Origin: Octopus sinensis
Lineage: Eukaryota
DNA length: 64,000 nt
Reading direction: 5' to 3'
Assembly: GCF_006345805.1 (NCBI RefSeq)
Contig: NC_043007.1
Span: 70,742,001-70,806,000 of the forward strand
Shown: in pieces, positions 27,790 to 40,189 of the stretch
Numbering within the stretch: position 1 is the first letter of the stretch
Layout: every line of letters starts with the position of its first letter
Translations under genes and position numbers: made by a program
The notes under the pieces: model-generated
Told to the model about the DNA's origin: nothing
What the model saw: only the letters and a program-made list of their open reading frames with translations
Database searches by the model: none

Positions 27790-27978
27790 ATTTTGATCTG
27801 CTATGGTCAGTGGCAAGAGAGGAAGAGGCTGACCAGGAACCCGCAGGCTTGACACCATCAATAGTGATACTGGAATGGGCATAGCCAATCTGAAAGAAGC
27901 GGCCCAGGATAGAACTGACTGGAGGATACTGATCCATAGAGTAACCGAGAGTTGATTTCAACTGAGCGGATAGATAGA
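27790..27978 (+). mobile_element. RTE (BovB-like) LINE 3' end
   Basis: Degenerate GKRGRG*PGTRRLDTINSDTGMGIANLKEAAQDRTDWRILIHRVTES, followed by a (GATA)n tail. Confidence 0.8.
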
Positions 27979-28244
27979 TAGTAATATTAACTAAGTATCA
28001 CTAAAAAATACTTTACCATCTTATAAAAAAGAAGGATATTATGAAAAAATCTAATCTTAGACAAAAAGACCGGATGGTCACATCGGGAACATTTTAAACC
28101 CATAGTTCTACCCATCAGTGCATTCTTTCCCAGAACCAGAGAGGGAGCTTAAGCCTGCTAGAAATAAGAGCCAAAGACCATTTAAATAATACCATCTTAA
28201 GAAAGTAGCAAATACTTTAGATAATGTGGTACTCGATAGAAATA

Positions 28245-28614
28245 CAGGGTGATTCAAAAGTTGCCATACATAGGAACAATTTATCTTTTTATAAGAAACA
28301 GTTTCTAAGAACAGTTTTTCTTTATTTAACAGGCTCTATATGGTTACCATTGTTTTGAATACACATTGCAATACATTAACCCCACTCATTGTGAATTCAT
28401 AATAGCACATCTGGTGATACTTGTTCCAAGGAATTGGTGATGCGTTCCTTCAAATGCTTTGTGTCTTTTATCTTTCTGTGATGCACCATACCTTTCAAAT
28501 GCCCCTAAAGATATAAATCAAGAGGGGTCAGATTGGGAGATCTAGGGGATCTTATAAACTGTCTCTTATAAAAAAATAAATTTTCCTATGTATGGAGACT
28601 TTTGAATCACCCTG
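28245..28614. mobile_element. Tc1/mariner internally deleted element (MITE)
   Basis: TIRs cagggtgattcaaaagt..catacatagga / tcctatgtatg..acttttgaatcaccctg, TA flanks. Confidence 0.88.
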
Positions 28615-30910
28615 TAGAATTAGATGGTCACAACTGGGTAGACTTGTAACTAGACAACACAGAACTTCATGAAGTCAATATTTAAGATTTAAGCATTTCA
28701 TCTATGAGTTCAAATCTAGCACAAGGGATGGGAAATTCATTGTTGCTTAGCCCCTTGCATCAATCCCAATCAGTTAAATCTTTAATCAAAGCCATCCCAG
28801 CTGTGACTGTCCAATCTTCTTCTACATCTAGAACAATATTGTCCATTGCGATCTTCTTTCTTTAAGACATCAGAGTGATTTGGCTACTACTTCTAGCAAG
28901 TCAAGCAAGCCTGTAGAACAGCAGTTCCAAACAATTTCCAATCACGATTCCTCTTAACAACTCAATGATCTTTATTAATACTTTTTCCAATATTTAAATG
29001 AAAAATGGTGCCGAGCTGGCAGAATCGTTACTGAGTTGGGCAAAATGCTTGGCATTTTGTCTGTCTTTGCGTTCTGGGTTCAAATTCTGCTGAGGCTGAC
29101 TTTACCTTTCATCCTTTCAGAGTTGATAAAATAAGTACCAGTTGAACACTGGGTTCAATGTAATTGACTTATACCCTCCTCTGAAATTGCTGGCCTTGTG
29201 CCAAAATCTGAAAAAGAATATTTAAATACTTTTCTCAGAGAAATTTTCCCCAAAATTTATTTTCAATAAATATTTATGTCTTTTGATTAAGCATTTTCAT
29301 TTTATTTCAAAAGTGAAAGATTTAGTCTTCACAATCCTTTCAAAACCATACTGTGAGTCAATGTGAGTCATATGTGAAGATGTGGCGATGTACAAATTCG
29401 CTCTTTGATTGCCCAGTTCTGTGTGTATCAGAGTCATTCAGAGTCATTTAGAGTAAGTTAGAGTCATTCAGACAGTTTACACTATCAGTTTCATCATGAA
29501 GTCCCTTGTAGTTTTTAGACAAATAAGATTTACCCATGATGGCAGATATTCTTTGTTTGAGGGTTATTACATGGAATGGCCTGTCATGTACAAGACACTC
29601 CACTTAGCCTGAATTCAATGTCAAAGCAGACTAACTGATGATCCTTCACTTAAAACTGACTTCCTGGTGTTTTCCATGGAAAATTACCTTGGAGGAGTGA
29701 TCTTCAAACAAACAAGTACCAGCCTTTACTTGTTTGCTCAACTTTGTGATCTGAAATTCCATCAGACTAAAGAGAAGCAATTTTCTTCGCAAGAACTTCA
29801 GTTCAAGTTGAATATCTATCCCTTTTAGCCCTAACTCTGATGATATCCTGCCAATAGCAACGAGGTTGTAAATAGCTAAAATTACAAGGTAAATGATGTA
29901 TATAAAAGTTTGTTACTGTTTATGGGATTCTTTGTTACAACAACAGCAAAAGTATGCAAACATCATGTGGATGTGTACGTGAATGTCCCTTTAAACAATC
30001 AACAAAGTAAGACGCCTGTCAAACATTTAGATTTTCTTGTCTGCTTAGCTTATTGTTTGTATGAGGATTAGGATACTTGTATTGTTCTTGTCCGCCTCAT
30101 GCTCAGTATCACACACACACACACTACATATGCACACGCGCACACACACACATATACATGCATTCACTTATACGTGAATACGCATAAACTCTTTGTAGAC
30201 ATACAGACATTCTTTAGGAAATGCAAACTTTAAAAAAGAAAACAATATTAGTTTTTGTGTAAACGATCCGCAAATATTTACTCTTGCTTGATTGGTGAGT
30301 TGGTATTGAATGAGTTGAGAGCAGAGAAGTTGTCTAATTCTGTCTCGTGAGTCACAAATACAATCTTTTGTCAACATCATTTGTACAAAATAAAAAATCC
30401 AACTGAATAAAAATGGAGGAAGACTTTGTCTAAGTGATTATTTAAAGACTTTGTCTAAGTGATTATTTAAAGGATAAAGATAATATCTTGTTTTTAAGAA
30501 AAGGTAAGGACTTCCTCAACATGGCAATTAAGCATATTAATGTCAGATCTCATGCAAAGGAAACTATCAACTTAGTTTTATAATTAAATTTGTTCCATAG
30601 TATTTTTAATCTGATCAAGTTGGTTTATTTTTAATTATTTAGTTATTTGATTATCAATTCTGTTTTGTCATTGTGTTTAATATCAAAAACTTTACGTTTT
30701 ATTTCCCATGTGACTTTTTCATCCCACTGGATCCAAATGGTATGTTGGTCAACTTTGAAATATGAAACAAGTCATTTAATCAATTTATACTCCTATCTTC
30801 ATTTCTCATTTTCATTCCATTAAGCAATAACTTTCCTTAGATAGTATGTCCTATAAAAAGTGAATTTTCCTACTGGAGTAATCTAACTCAACAGAACAAA
30901 CCAATAAACC

Positions 30911-31149
30911 TATTTCTTTACTACCCACAAGGGGCTAAACACAGAGGGGACAAACAAGGACAGACAAGTGGATTAAGTCGATTACATCGACCCCAGTGCA
31001 TAACTGGTACTTATTTAATCGACCCCAAAAGGATGAAAGGCAAAGTCGACCTCGGCGGAATTTGAACTCAGAATGTAATGGCAGACAAAATACTGCTGAG
31101 CATTTCGCCCGACATTCTAACGTTTCTGCCAGCTCAACACCTTAAAATA
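30911..31149 (-). mobile_element. Family-A SINE with 12-bp TSD
   Basis: AACCAATAAACC at 30899-30910 and 31150-31161. Confidence 0.9.
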
Positions 31150-31286
31150 AACCAATAAACCATTATTAACACTGCTAAATTATCCCACTTTTAAAATCAA
31201 CTTAGAATTATGTTGATTCTATCATAGTAAAAGTGAAACATTCAGACCAGCCATGGCTTCAATACTATTAATAAGGGAACATGAAA

Positions 31287-32260
31287 GGCTGACCTTTCAC
31301 CTGATTCTCTGTTCAGGCATCTACAGTCTTTGATGGAGGTTAAAAATGTACAGCAATTAAAGTTTTCCAAATCCCAAATAAGCATGGACTAACATAAAGC
31401 TATTTGTAAGTATTGTTGGTCAATAAAAGATTGGTGTTACTGACACTCACAGAGAATGGTAGTATTTCTCTTAGCTGGGAAGACAGTTAAAAACATGAAA
31501 TTAATGCAATTGATATTCATTATGAATTTTAAAGTGGCGAGCTGGCAGAATCATTACCATGTGGGCAAAACTCTTAGCGATATTTCTTCCATCTTCACAC
31601 TCTGAGTTCAAATTCCACTGAGATCAACTTCGTCTTACTTTCTTTCGGGGTTGATAAAATAAGTACCAGTAAAACACTGAGGTCAATGTAATTGACTTAC
31701 CCCTCCCCAGAAATTGCTGGCCTTGAGCCAAAATTTGAAACTGTTAGTCATGAATTCTAAGGTGGTGAGCTGGCTGACCTTTCACCTGATTCTCTGTTCA
31801 GGCATCTACAGTCTTTGATGGAGGTTAAAAATGTACAGCAATTAAAGTTTTCCAAATCCCAAATAAGCATGGACTAACATAAAGCTATTTGTAAGTATTG
31901 TTGGTCAATAAAAGATTGGTGTTACTGACACTCACAGAGAATGGTAGTATTTCTCTTAGCTGGGAAGACAGTTAAAAACATGAAATTAATGCAATTGATA
32001 TTCATTATGAATTTTAAAGTGGCGAGCTGGCAGAATCATTACCATGCTGGGCAAAACTCTTAGCGATATTTCTTCCATCTTCACACTCTGAGTTCAAATT
32101 CCACTGAGATCAACTTCGTCTTACTTTCTTTCGGGGTTGATAAAATAAGTACCAGTAAAACACTGAGGTCAATGTAATTGACTTACCCCTCCCCAGAAAT
32201 TGCTGGCCTTGAGCCAAAATTTGAAACTGTTAGTCATGAATTCTAAGGTGGTGAGCTGGC
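31287..32260. repeat. Near-identical tandem duplication, unit 485-486 bp (unique DNA plus a family-A SINE)
   Basis: 31287-31771 repeated from 31772; the one difference I noticed is a 1-nt indel (accatgtgggc / accatgctgggc). Confidence 0.95.
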
Positions 32261-33317
32261 AGAATTATTAGCACACTGAACAAAATGCTTAATGGCATTT
32301 TGTCTGTCTTTACATTCTGAGTTCAATTTCAACCAAGGTTGACATTACCTTTTATCCTTTAGGGGTCAATAAAATAAGTACCATTTGAGAACTGGGGTCG
32401 ATGTAATCAACTTACCCTGCTCTCAAAGTTGCTGGCCTTTGCCAAAATTTGAAACCAATATTCATTATGAATTTTCACAGAATCGGTGAGTCATCAGGAA
32501 GGTCAATAAATGGTTAAATGTTAAAGTAGGTCTATTCTTTCTGTTCACAGTTAAAGAAACAGAATCTGTCATGCTACTATAGTATGAAACTATTTTGATT
32601 AGGTGGAGATGATGGAAATCCTAAAGTTTATATAACATCTATAAAGTAATATAATACAGGCAGATATCTACAGATATCTTGAAATAACTTTTCTTTTTCC
32701 TCTCTCCTTCTCTATTATCAGTGATATCTTCTTATCAATAAATATCATGGCCACCAAAGACATTCGTTTTATCAAACATATTGCTATTATCAGGAAGATC
32801 AGTAGAAAAAGTAACTTTATTTGATAGTCAGAGAATGTCAAGGACACTGCTAATCTGTGACTAAAATGCAGGTTTTTTTACCAAATATTCAAAATATCGA
32901 TAAAGAACCAAAAAAAAAAAAAAAAAAAAAAAAAAAAGAAAATGATTTCTCTTTAGGTGTACTTATAAACCAGATGCAAATATTCAAGGATTTGCTTTTT
33001 TTGTGGTTCTTGTTAAAAACCAAACTTGGCATATGCAACAAATAGCTGTATACCCGGAGCAAATATTTAGGTTAAGGTAAACTGAAACATTATGATTTAA
33101 ATGGAGGGTTTTGTGAGAAGTGTTGACAGCTTCAGAGGCAGGCTGATTTTCCTAACAACTTGCCCAGCTGCAGCTTACACCGTATTGCTTATCTACCATC
33201 ATTTCTCATATCAAAACTTAGTTCTTAACTGTCTAAGTTGTCACACATTTAGAGGTATGTTAATCTCTGTCCCTATCCGTTGATGTAATTTCGGGTAGAG
33301 GGGATTTAATTATGCAA

Positions 33318-33380
33318 TATGTATGTATGTATGTATGCATGTATGTATGTGTGTATGTGTGTGTGTATGTATGTATGTAC

Positions 33381-33411
<31 letters not shown>

Positions 33412-33617
33412 TGTATGTATGTATGTATGTATGCATGTATGTGTACATATGTGTGTATATGTATGTATGTATGTAAGTGTGCATGTGTGCATGTGTGCAT
33501 GTATGTATGTATGTATGTAATTAAATTTGATAGTCATGTATTAATATCCCTTGAATAATATTTCATATGTATACACATAGTCAGCTGTGTGTGTGTGTAT
33601 ATACATACATATATACA

Positions 33618-33651
<34 letters not shown>

Positions 33652-33654
33652 CAT

Positions 33655-33719
<65 letters not shown>

Positions 33720-33720
33720 C
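33318..33720. repeat. (TATG)n, (CATA)n and (GA)n microsatellites
   Basis: Directly visible. Confidence 0.95.
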
Positions 33721-34204
33721 ATGACGTATTTAAAGTCAAATAAATATTTAGATATTTCTTTTTAATATCTAATGAATACGAATACAAATTAAAATTATGG
33801 GGTGTTTTTGAGGCAGGGAAGGGTTGTTTCTCGTTATTTATAACAATTTAATTAGTTGTTCTACTTCTCAGCCTGTAATATGAAACCGATGAAATTCAGA
33901 CTAGTGTCATAATCTTCACAATATTACAAGAACCCTCCATAAATAATCTTGCCTAAATGATTAAATCTGTGTTCTTCAGAGGCCAATATTTCAGTTGTTG
34001 AAACTTAGAGATAACACTATTTTCTATTTTCATAGCATCGCAACATTCGGCATGATGCAAGGATAACCTGGTAATGGAATTGATATTTCACTGGATTTTG
34101 TTTTATTTCCTCATGTTCTTAGTGTCATTCACACTTGACTGACTTAAGAACAGACGATAAGACAAAATATTTTCATATCTCATCATCAAAATATATAGGA
34201 TTGT

Positions 34205-34572
34205 TGAATGATGGAATAGTTGAGTGATAAAATGGTTGGATGATAGAATTACTGAGTGATGGAATAGTTGAGGGATAGAATGGCTGAGTGATGAAATGGT
34301 TGGATGATGAAATGACTGAGTGATGGAATAACTGTGTGATGGAATGACTGAGTGAAGAATGGATGAGTGATGGAATAGTTGAATGATGGAATGGTTGAGT
34401 GATAGAATGGTCAAGTCATGAATTGACTGAATGATGAAAGGGTTGTGTGATGGAATAAATGTGTGATGAAATAGTTGAGTGATGGAATGGCTGAGTACTA
34501 AAATAGCTGAGTGATAGAATAGTTGAGTAATGAAGTGACTGAATGATGGAATAGCTGAGTGACGGACTGAAT
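34205..34572. repeat. Degenerate 16-bp minisatellite (GATGGAATAGTTGAGT-like), roughly 23 units
   Basis: Periodic gatggaat..gagt units. Confidence 0.88.
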
Positions 34573-35063
34573 ATAGTTCCCTACATTTATGTTACACATT
34601 TAAATCATTAATCTTTTGAAGCAATTTGGAAATTTGTGGGTGCTGGGAGTGGGAGGTATAACTCATTAACTTAATTAATCATTCATCTATTGAACTATAA
34701 TTAATGGAAGAGTTATCAGCAAAAATCTTATCAATCCTCATCCGCACCCCACTGCTTCTGGTAATGAGTTACATGTTGCTTTGATACCTATTTACATTCT
34801 GAAACATATCTATGTGTGTGTGTGTGTGTGTGTATGTGTGTGCACATGTGTGTGTGTGTGTGTGTGTGCACATGTGTGTGTGTGTGTGTGAGTGTGTCTG
34901 TGTGTGTGTGTGTGTATTTATCAAACCAAACTTGACTGTCTACTTTGAGCTTCATCCTTGGTTGGGCAGTTCATGACCCAGTGTAATGAAGTTCTATACC
35001 AGATAACATTTACACTATGTTGAATATATTATTGATATATTCTTCTACAGTTACATTCACACA

Positions 35064-35140
<77 letters not shown>

Positions 35141-35370
35141 ATATATGAACAAGCAAGAAAAAACAACAATGCGAGGACGTGGAATAAGTACAGTATTATT
35201 GGACACTCAGGAAAGGAAAGACAAGAAAGAGGATCTCATGTTTTGAGTGGAGCTCTTCATCAAAAATATAGAAAAGTCCAATGAAGGGAAGACGGAGAAA
35301 GAAAATCGCCAACGATACACACGTGATCACATATTGAAAATGAAAATATATATGTATGTGTGTATATATA

Positions 35371-35947
35371 TCATCATCATCATCGTTTAATGTCTGATTT
35401 CCATGCTAACATGGATTGGACGATTTGACTGAGGACTGGTGAACCAGATGGCTGCACCAGGCCCCAATCTTGGTCTGGCAGAGTTTCTACAGCTGGATGC
35501 CCTTCCTAATGCCAACCACTCCGAGAGTGTAGTGGGTTCTTTTACGTGCCACCCGCACAAAGGCCAGTCAGGCAGTACTGGCAATGGCCATGCTCAACCA
35601 CCTGCACAGGAGCCAGTTCAGTGGCACTGGTAATGACCGCACTCAAATATTTTTTCACATACCACTGGCACAAGTGCCAGTAAGGCAACGCTGGTAATGA
35701 TCATGCTCGAATGGTGCTTTTTACATGCCACCAGCACGGAAGCCAGTTAGCCACTCTGGCAACGATCATGCTCTGATGGTGCTCTTAGCGCTCCACTAAC
35801 ATGGATGCCAGTCATCAAATTTGATTTCGATTTCACTTGCCTCAACAGGTCTTCACAAGCAGAGTTTAGTGTCCAATGAACGAAAGGCATGCATAAGCGG
35901 GCTGGTTACACCCCTGGCATAGGCCACGAAGTTATGGTCTCATTTGG

Positions 35948-35948
<1 letters not shown>
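35371..35948 (-). mobile_element. Long family-C module
   Basis: Reverse complement of 760-1263 along its length. Confidence 0.8.
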
Positions 35949-35998
<50 letters not shown>

Positions 35999-36419
35999 TG
36001 TGCATATATGTATCTTGAATCTTCAGCTGTTTGGCTTTACAGAGGGAATGACAAGCGACTGAGACTCCTGGCAGTTTGCTGTGCTTGAGAGGACACATCA
36101 AGCTAAGTAAAATTGTGGTTATCCTTTCATATAAGCGTGTCCTCTGCATCCCTCTTCTGCTCCTAATCTTGCAGGCTCATGGGTGTCAGTACCATGTAAA
36201 AAGCACCTGTACCAATGTCACATAAAAGCACTCAAGCCAGTGCTGTGGAAAAGCACCCAGTACACTCTGTAAAGTGGTTGTCATTAGGAAGGATATCCAG
36301 CTGTAAAAATAACAATAAAACACATGGAGCCTGGGCTGCCCTTCAGCTGACCAGCTCCTTTCAAACTGTCCAGCCCATGTCAGCATGGAAAACGAACGTT
36401 AAATGATCACACACACACA

Positions 36420-36468
<49 letters not shown>

Positions 36469-36480
36469 CACACACACACA

Positions 36481-36528
<48 letters not shown>

Positions 36529-36734
36529 TAATCAAACTGTACAGTATCATCTATCCGCTAGAGCCAATCTTTCTAGTTGGTTTTGCACTGGGTATTAAAC
36601 CAGCTGTTAGTTAATGGCACAGTTATGTAATACTGCACGCTCATCAGAGCTAGCAAGCATGGAAAAAATATGGTGACTGTTCTTCATTACTAGAGGTAAA
36701 AAAAACTACCTCCAGTTTATGCGTGTTGTGAAGA

Positions 36735-36975
36735 TAGACAAAACATTTATCTAAGATTAAACCACCATATCTAGCACTTGTCAACCTGTGGAAGGTCATT
36801 GACCATGTGCCATACTCTGTAACCAGGTGTTCACTAAAGAAACTAGGCATAAATGAAAGTCTTGTGAGGCCTGTTCAAGTGCTTTCATAGTTAACTATGA
36901 GTTCAGTAATGAATTTAGTGTAAAAGTAGTTGTCCATCATGGTTCAATCCTTGGCCTCCACCTATTTATTTAAGT
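36735..36975 (+). pseudogene. RTE-clade LINE reverse transcriptase fragment
   Basis: KHLSKIKPPYLALVNLWKVIDHVP..LKKLGINESLVRPVQ..FSVKVVVHHGSILGLHLFI aligns to the RT motifs FVDLEKAFDRVP and VGVHQGSVLSPLLF. Confidence 0.8.
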
Positions 36976-37161
36976 CCTATGGGCCATCACAGAGGATTTT
37001 AAGATTGATTGCCTGGGGTACTTCTGAATGTTAAGGATCTTGTTCCTATGGCTGAAATTTGAGTAGAATAAGAGAAAACATTCCAGACATGGAAAGAAAA
37101 CTTAGAAGTGAGAAGCCTCAAGATAAACTTAGTACCAAGATGTTAATAAGAATGAAAGAAG

Positions 37162-37393
37162 ACTAGAGGCAGCAAGCTGGCAGAAATGTTAGCACGCTGG
37201 ATGAAATGCTTAGTGGTATTTCATCTGCCGTTACGTTCTGAGTTCAAATTCCACCGAGGTCAACTTTGCACTAAATTCTTTTGGGGTCGATAAATTAAGT
37301 ACCAGTTACGCACTGGGGTCGATGTAATCGACTTAATTCCTTTGTCTGTCCTTGTTTGTCCCCTCTATGTTTAGCCCCTTGTGGGGAATAAAA
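37162..37393 (+). mobile_element. Family-A SINE with 17-bp TSD
   Basis: AATAAGAATGAAAGAAG at 37145-37161 and 37394-37410. Confidence 0.92.
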
Positions 37394-37767
37394 AATAAGA
37401 ATGAAAGAAGTCTGGACTGTTTATGTTATCCTATTCACTCTTGCTGAAGTTTGGGCTTATATTTGTGTGTGTGTGTGTGTGTGAGCATTGATATAAATCA
37501 TTTAAAATTTTGGGTGACAGTTCTAAGAAGTGACATGAAAAATACAAACTTGTTAGCAGTCTGAATATGCCTCAAGCATATTTGAACTGGTGACAAGTTT
37601 GTATTCAATTTAAAATACTTTCACAGAAATTATCGAAAGTTTTGTTCCTACATTTTGGTGGAATGTAGTTGCTGTTGTTTCTTACCATTGATTCATCATC
37701 TTTATTCTTGTTCATTATTTACATTATTTACATTTGACGGATATTTGTCCTCATCTTCTTCGTTGTT

Positions 37768-37813
37768 AACACAACGTTTCAGCTGATAATCCCTCCAGCC
37801 TTCATCAGGCATC
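37768..37813 (-). ncRNA. Minimal type-I hammerhead ribozyme motif (copy 1)
   Basis: GATGC-CTGATGA-A-GGCTG..CAGCT-GAAAC-GTT-GTGTT; palindromic AACGTT stem III; weak stem I. Confidence 0.55.
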
Positions 37814-37861
37814 TTGGGGGAAATTTCGAACCTGGGTTCTCATTCCTAAGGTATTTTTCAA

Positions 37862-37934
<73 letters not shown>

Positions 37935-38007
37935 TCACTGCCTGGTATTGAACTCAGAATCTTGGGGTTAGTAGCCCATGCTCTTAACCACTACGCCATA
38001 TGCCCAA

Positions 38008-38053
38008 GACACCTGATGAAGGCTGGAGGGTATATCAGCCGAAATGTTGTGTT
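38008..38053 (+). ncRNA. Minimal type-I hammerhead ribozyme motif (copy 2)
   Basis: GACAC-CTGATGA-A-GGCTG..CAGCC-GAAAT-GTT-GTGTT; stem I GACAC/GTGTT; C-to-T change in stem III. Confidence 0.55.
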
Positions 38054-38837
38054 AACAACAAACAAGATGAGGACAAATATCCGTCAAATGTAAAAAATGT
38101 AAATAATGTGCATAATTCCTCATCACTTAAATATAGAACTTTATTCTTGTTGTCCAATTATTCTTATGAGTCATAATTTTCTGCAGAATTCAGAAATAGT
38201 GTCTTTCATTTCATTGAAATCATTGTTTTTGAGGGGTTGGTGTTAACTGAAGTCTTTCATCAGCTCAGCTTAAGAAGGGACTTTCATTTTTGTTAGCCTA
38301 TGATTGAGATTTTGGTTTCTGAAAATATTTGTTAATAGAAATTTGGTCATTAATTAGTAGGTCAAAAGTCAAATAACTGTGAAGATGCACTTTTGTCGGT
38401 TCAATTAGTCACTAACCCTTGTGGTTTCCAGTCTGCCTGACATGTCTCTTGTTTCTATGACACAAAATGTCTCATTTTAAAGTGTTCACATGAAAATTAA
38501 TTTCAAATTTTGTAACAAGGTCAGCAATTTGCAGAGGAGGGAATAACATTGAGCCCATTGCTCAACTGATACTTATCTTATTGACCCTGAACAGATGAGA
38601 GGCAAAGCTGACCCAGTGACATTTGAACTCAGAATGTAAAATCAGATGAAATTCCACTAAGCATTTTGCCCAGCATGCTAACGATTCTGCCAGTTTGACA
38701 CCTTATGTTCACATGTCAGTTAAAACATCAGTTTCATAGAAGAAGCTTTTGTTAAGCCCTAAACACCAACTTAATTAGCTAAGTTAATTATTTTGATAAA
38801 TCTTTTTAAATTCTTCATTATTTGCAAAATCAGTTAA

Positions 38838-39232
38838 GTAGGCACAGGAGTGTGGTAAGTAGCTTGCTTCCCAACTACATGGTTCTGAGTTCAGTCTCAT
38901 TGCGAGTTCAGTCTTCTACTATAGATTTGGGCTGACCAAAGCCTTGTGAGTGGATTTGGTAGACAGAAACTGAAAGAAGCCTGTTGTATATATGTATATA
39001 TATATATATAAGTATGTGTATGTTTGTGTGTCTGTGTTTGTCCCCACCACCAACATCACTTGACAACCGATGCTAGTGTGTTTATGTCCCTGTAACTTAG
39101 CGGTTCAGCAAAAGAGACCGATAGAATAAGTACTAGACTTACAAAGAATAAATCCTGGGGTCGATTTGCTTGACTAAAGGCAGTGCTCCAGCATGGCCAC
39201 AGTCAAATGACTGAAACAAGTAAAAGAGAGTA
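38838..39232 (+). mobile_element. Family-B tRNA-SINE
   Basis: Full head-to-tail consensus match. Confidence 0.88.
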
Positions 39233-39544
39233 TAAACAGAAAGTGTTCCTTATTCAAAATATAGCAAGAAAACAGTTAAACTCTATCTTTACACCAATGT
39301 TTGACTGATTGAAAGTTGATATTTGTTCCAGCTCTTTATGTTCTTAGTTCTGGGGTGGATAGATTTTCTTCATTACCTAAGTTTGAGAAGAACTTACTCT
39401 CATTCTCCCATCAGTTTTAGAAACCCTGAAAAAAAAGTCACAGTTACTTCTTGCCTGGCACACATCCACTTCCCCCAGTTCCACTCCCTCTCTCAACTCT
39501 TAGTTTAGAGAGGGGTCTTTGTCTTGTAGTTACATGGTGACCCT

Positions 39545-40050
39545 GTTGGTGCTGGTACCATGTGAAAAGTACCTGTGTTGGTACCATGTAAAAAGTACCT
39601 GTACTGGTGTCACATAAAATGCACCTGTGTCTGTGCATTGTAAAAAGCACCTATGCCAGTGCAATGTAAAGAAGCACCTGTGCTGGTGTAACATAAAAAG
39701 CACCTGTATCTGTGCATTGTAAAAAGCACCTGTGCCAGTGCTATGTAAAGAAACACCTGTGCCAGTGCTATGTAAAGAAACACCTGTGCTGGTGTCACAT
39801 AAAAAGCACCTGTACCAGTGCTATGTAAAAAAGTATCTGTCAGTGCCACATAAAAAACACCTGTGCTGGTGCCATGTAAGAAGCCCCTACAGACTCTGTG
39901 ACTGGTGTTAGGAAGGGTAACCACCCATAGAAATCAAGCCAAAAGAGATAACAGCTGCTTGGTGCTGCACTCTGGCAGCACTCCTGTCAAATCATCCAAC
40001 CCATGCCAATATGTAAAACGGATGTTAAATGATGATGATAATGATTAATG
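39545..40050 (+). repeat. Family-C tail with an array of 13 x 26-27-bp units (GTGCYRGTGC-ATGTAAAAAGCACCT-like)
   Basis: Units counted directly over 39548-39885; then the usual ttaggaaggg..gatgatgat tail. Confidence 0.85.
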
Positions 40051-40189
40051 ATGATGACTGGTCTGCCTTAGTAATACAAGAACCGAAACCATTCCTGAAG
40101 TTTCAAGCTTTTCGGAATTAGCTGTACATATTTTCTGATATACTATTTCATCCCAAATAACTTTCTTAGAACATACTTCTTATATGCAG

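Larger units (their letters stand above)
37713..38139 (-). mobile_element. tRNA-headed non-autonomous retroelement with a Penelope-type, hammerhead-containing tail and an inverted tail copy
   Basis: TSD TTTATTCTTGTT at 37701-37712 and 38140-38151; 106-bp inverted arms 37713-37818 / 38003-38108; minus-strand tRNA head at ~37930-38005. Confidence 0.75.

Noticed and set aside
39545-39890. Regularly spaced 26-27-bp repeats as a CRISPR array
   Set aside because: Units are contiguous with no unique spacers, there are no cas genes, and they sit inside a eukaryotic retroelement tail.
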